Shown here piece after piece: positions 61,701 to 64,000 of a DNA stretch of 64,000 nt (the first letter of the stretch is position 1; each line of letters starts with the position of its first letter). Source of the stretch: Aplysia californica (lineage: Eukaryota); the NCBI RefSeq assembly GCF_000002075.1, contig NW_004797435.1, forward strand, positions 902,124 to 966,123. Direction: 5' to 3'. The notes beneath the pieces are model-generated. The model made no database searches, was not told the origin of the DNA, and was given only the letters and a program-made list of their open reading frames with translations. Made by a program: the position numbers and the translations under genes.

Positions 61701-61919
61701 CTTGCCTTTTCCCTGCATAGAAAGACTTGTTATTTTGTCTATGTGCTTCGTTTTACTCAAATGAAAGCTGTTTGAACAGGTTTTGGGAATGGGCACAGCT
61801 CTGAAGGTTCTCTTCTCCGGGGACAGCATGGCGGGGGACTCCACGGTCAATGCCAGCCTCAAGTCAGACTTCCAGCTGACCCGTACAGAGATTGTGGCGT
61901 TGTTCAACGCGTTTGGGAG
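37685..61919 (+). CDS. ERO1: ERO1-like endoplasmic reticulum oxidoreductin (3'-partial; about 449 codons in window)
   Basis: Exons: 37685-37780, 44246-44365, 44928-45011, 46017-46085, 48944-49029, 49665-49738, 50733-50853, 51953-51999, 53056-53070, 57796-57888, 58723-58892, 59506-59582, 60204-60273, 61013-61099, 61780-61919. Signal peptide, CPFW..C....[30 protein letters not shown], and the [23 protein letters not shown] (CxxCxxC) active site; all phases consistent. Confidence 0.96.
38106..40908. mobile_element. 2.8-kb foldback-like DNA element: 26-bp terminal TIRs plus ~640-bp internal inverted arms; imperfect 8-bp TSD
   Basis: GG(A/C)GCTTTTTCGGTAGTTCCCACCCC at both ends; about 38252-38883 is the reverse complement of about 40148-40812; flanks gattctag / aattctag. 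Confidence 0.85.
42611..43097 (+). mobile_element. tRNA-derived SINE with V-domain-like core
   Basis: A-box gtggcctagaagtt; B-box ggttcgaatcc; core cggacaaggacg...aagatcccttgg...aagagtagg...ccgggcaaaatt; 3' tail shared with the 12968/59842/61516 repeat. Confidence 0.75.
43604..44105 (+). mobile_element. Possible non-autonomous Helitron
   Basis: A|TC-ttt(at)n-aaaag 5' end and CTAG|T 3' end; no TSD; subterminal hairpin degraded. Confidence 0.45.
44246..44365 (+). CDS. ERO1: ERO1 exon 2
   Basis: [40 protein letters not shown]. Confidence 0.95.
44928..45011 (+). CDS. ERO1: ERO1 exon 3 (shuttle cysteines)
   Basis: [28 protein letters not shown]. Confidence 0.95.
46017..46085 (+). CDS. ERO1: ERO1 exon 4
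   Basis: [23 protein letters not shown]|gtaagt. Confidence 0.85.
46502..46974. mobile_element. TTAA-flanked (piggyBac-like) MITE
   Basis: ttaa|CTCTTATCAGCCAG ... CTAGCTGATAAGAG|ttaa. Confidence 0.75.
48944..49029 (+). CDS. ERO1: ERO1 exon 5
   Basis: [29 protein letters not shown]. Confidence 0.9.
49665..49738 (+). CDS. ERO1: ERO1 exon 6
   Basis: [24 protein letters not shown]. Confidence 0.92.
50733..50853 (+). CDS. ERO1: ERO1 exon 7
   Basis: [34 protein letters not shown]. Confidence 0.96.
51953..51999 (+). CDS. ERO1: ERO1 exon 8
   Basis: [15 protein letters not shown]; phase 2 in, phase 1 out. Confidence 0.85.
53056..53070 (+). CDS. ERO1: ERO1 15-nt microexon (AAFLE)
   Basis: attttacag|CTGCCTTCTTGGAAG|gtaatt; symmetric phase 1; FLE echoes the (W)LEG before CVEK in vertebrate ERO1A. 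Confidence 0.65.
53500..53742. mobile_element. piggyBac-like MITE
   Basis: ttaa|CCCTATCCGTAC ... GTACGGATAGGG|ttaa. Confidence 0.85.
55079..55087 (+). CDS. ERO1: ERO1 candidate 9-nt microexon (DVQ/S)
   Basis: ctttaaccctctgctttttttttcag|ATGTTCAGT|gtaagt; frame-preserving, phase 1. Confidence 0.55.
57796..57888 (+). CDS. ERO1: ERO1 exon 10
   Basis: [30 protein letters not shown]. Confidence 0.96.
58723..58892 (+). CDS. ERO1: ERO1 exon 11
   Basis: [14 protein letters not shown]...[25 protein letters not shown]. Confidence 0.96.
59004..59073. repeat. Perfect 35-bp tandem duplication
   Basis: tattcctgcagtgtgattatgacccctattggggg, two copies. Confidence 0.9.
59506..59582 (+). CDS. ERO1: ERO1 exon 12
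   Basis: [26 protein letters not shown]. Confidence 0.93.
59842..60023 (+). repeat. Dispersed retroelement 3'-end repeat copy
   Basis: Homologous to 61516-61701 and 12968-13146. Confidence 0.85.
60204..60273 (+). CDS. ERO1: ERO1 exon 13
   Basis: [23 protein letters not shown]. Confidence 0.93.
61013..61099 (+). CDS. ERO1: ERO1 exon 14 (CxxCxxC active site)
   Basis: [29 protein letters not shown]. Confidence 0.97.
61516..61701 (+). repeat. Dispersed retroelement 3'-end repeat copy with (CTAAA)n tail
   Basis: ...atgaccttatgcagttgcgagcgccgtaaaaccctctactaaaactaaactaaac. Confidence 0.85.
61780..61919 (+). CDS. ERO1: ERO1 exon 15
   Basis: [13 protein letters not shown]...[17 protein letters not shown]. 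Confidence 0.95.
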
Positions 61920-61956
61920 GTCAGTCTGATGCCATTGCATTGTGCTCATGAATGCC

Positions 61957-63330
61957 GTGTTGGTTCCTGTATAATGCTTATATGTGTGTTGTGTGTTGGT
62001 TCCTGTATAATTCTTATGTGTTGTGTGTTGGTTCCTGTAAAATTGTTATGTGTTTTGTGTTTGTTCCTGTAAAATTCTTATGTGTTGTGTTGGTTTCTGT
62101 ATAATGCTTATCTGTTTTGTGTGTTGGTTTCTGTAAAATGCTTAGGTGTGTTATGTGTTGGTTTTGTAATGTTTATGTGTTGTGTGATGATGCCTGTATA
62201 ATGCTTATGTGTAGGTACCGCAAACTGGCCGAGCGCCTCCGTGGCGCACTGTCACAGAGACCGAAACCCATATTTTTACCTTCCTAAAACACTGTGTGAT
62301 CATGCATACACACAGACACTTGATATATCAGAAGAAAGAGGAGCTTTTCCTCTTTTTAGTGGTCTTATTTATTTGAATCAACGATTCTTTTGAAAGCAAA
62401 ATCTTGCGGGATAAAAGACAACACTATCGAGGTTTTCACCGCAGCGGCCGCGCGTTTCGTGCATTGATTTTTAGAGTGACCTCGGTTGAACAGGAACGGG
62501 GAGCGTATGGTATTAAATACTGCAATCTGATTCGTCGATATTTCAAGATGAGAAGACGCTCTTTCCAGTGATATATTTCTAAAGACTGTCCTTAAAGAAT
62601 TAATAGAAGAGATTTGCATGTGAAAACTTACGGTGCTGTTTTTTTATGGAACCAGTGATCGGACTGACTACGGAAATACATCGGCAGAAAGCCCATTCAT
62701 TCCTCTTCAAGAATAACACAGCCATTATACGCAAATAAATACTGGACGCTCCCCGTCGGCTCGCAATCAGGGCACCATGGCCCCGGTTTCATATAAATTC
62801 TCTCTCCTTCCCTTCAACGCGGCCCGGCGCGCAGCCGATAAGCCGTCGGTCGCGAGTGGTGATTTTAACCTCCCCTTGTGTTTCTTGCCGTTTTGGTCAA
62901 AAAGCCATGTTTACGTCAATAAATTTCCATCTTCTGGTTATTTGATAGCCCTGAAAAAAATTGGGATTGTTCTCTATGTGCATAGGTGTGTGTCTACAAG
63001 TTTTTGTGAATGTCCATTCAAATTTAAGAATGTTGTGACATCTCAAAGTGTAGAAATTTCGCAATTAAAAAACTGTAACATTTTTCTGCAACTTCAGATG
63101 TTCATAACTTTGTTAAAAATGAAGCTATATGTATAAATCTGGTATCAAAATGCTCAGAATGATAAATTCTATAAAGTAGTGCAGTTAAATATGAAATCAG
63201 AGGACTTTGAAATTTCAGTTTGTGGTACCTACTTATGTGTACTGTGGTTCCTGTTTAATGCTTATGTGTTGTGTGTTGGTTCCTGTATTATGTGTTGTAT
63301 TGTGTGTTGGTTCCTATATAATGCTTATAT
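61957..63330. repeat. ~30-bp minisatellite (aatgcttatgtgttgtgtgttggttcctgtat) interrupted by a TIR element
   Basis: About 8 units at 61957-62210, resuming at 63233-63330. Confidence 0.85.
62211..63232. mobile_element. 1.0-kb non-autonomous TIR element
   Basis: GTAGGTACC(G/A)CAAACTG inverted at both ends; ttatgt on both flanks. Confidence 0.8.
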
Positions 63331-64000
63331 GTGTCATGGGTGTTCTTGTATTATAATGAGTGTCACTTTGATTCTTGAGATTCCTGGTAATGAATGGGGG
63401 TTTTTTGGTTCTTATTTATGCTGATCAGCATTGTATTGGTTGGCGTATTATGCTAATGAGTGTCATGTAGCAGTGAGTTGTTTCTCATCACTTTTTTAAG
63501 AGGCTGGCAGTTGGTGACTGCTCCCCTGTGGTCTGTTTCTCTTATTTTGTTTGGGTATTCTTAGCGTGCGAGTGGATTATTTCTTATCATATGATAATAG
63601 CCCTGTAGAAATTGATTGCTATGCATCAGGTCTTTATTTTTGTATCAACTGCTATCATATCACAGAATGACCTAATTGTGTGGATTACACCTGAAATAAC
63701 ATATACTCTGACATTTTTGACTAACTGCTATTCCAGATTTGTGGAGATGTCGCCAATAAAAACCTGGCATCTTTGATGTAATGATAAGGCAGAGCAAAAG
63801 AAGTGAGCTCAATCCTCTGGTTGGGAATATGTTCCATTGAGTATCTTTATCTTTCTGATCATATAGTATCCCTCACTCGGCCAAGATTGGCCCCAATTGA
63901 GAGGGTTGAAGCAGTCCACTTTCTAATTATAATCTCTAGTTTTGTCAAAGGGAGTACACAACTTTGACAGTTATATACTTTTCATAAGAGACAATGTCCT

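Noticed and set aside
61957-62210. CRISPR-like regularly spaced repeats
   Set aside because: Head-to-tail degenerate minisatellite without unique spacers, in a eukaryotic intron with no cas genes.
63738-63777. ERO1 final exon candidate (ttccag|A TTT GTG GAG...TGA)
   Set aside because: Phase-compatible, but the peptide FVEMSPIKTWHL does not resemble the conserved (L/I)SxS helix expected after AFGR; the true last exon is probably beyond the window.

Overview
Eukaryotic, intron-rich animal genomic DNA; the repeat landscape suggests a mollusc/gastropod (inference only). I assembled two multi-exon genes by hand, with GT-AG boundaries and consistent phases throughout. (1) A minus-strand gene with 16 coding exons (27313->6697, about 1209 aa) encoding an N-terminal ZAD-like C4 module and about 22 C2H2 fingers. 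(2) A plus-strand ERO1-like ER oxidoreductin (ATG 37685, 15 exons to 61919; last exon apparently outside the window), transcribed divergently from the zinc-finger gene. A probable terminal exon of a third gene lies at 565-783. The rest is transposon-rich: a decayed hAT transposase, a near full-length decayed APE-RT-RNaseH LINE, RTE fragments, two tRNA-SINE families, several MITEs, a 2.8-kb foldback element, and micro- and minisatellites. The most interesting unannotated signals are an HDV-like ribozyme fold heading a short poly(A)-tailed element (6181-6439), 15-nt and 9-nt microexons in the ERO1 loop between the Cys208/Cys241-equivalent residues, a minimal Penelope-type hammerhead (15481-15517), and tiny palindromic insertions plus UPRE/HRE-like sites in the divergent promoter. 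Nothing was database-searched; family names come from motif recognition.
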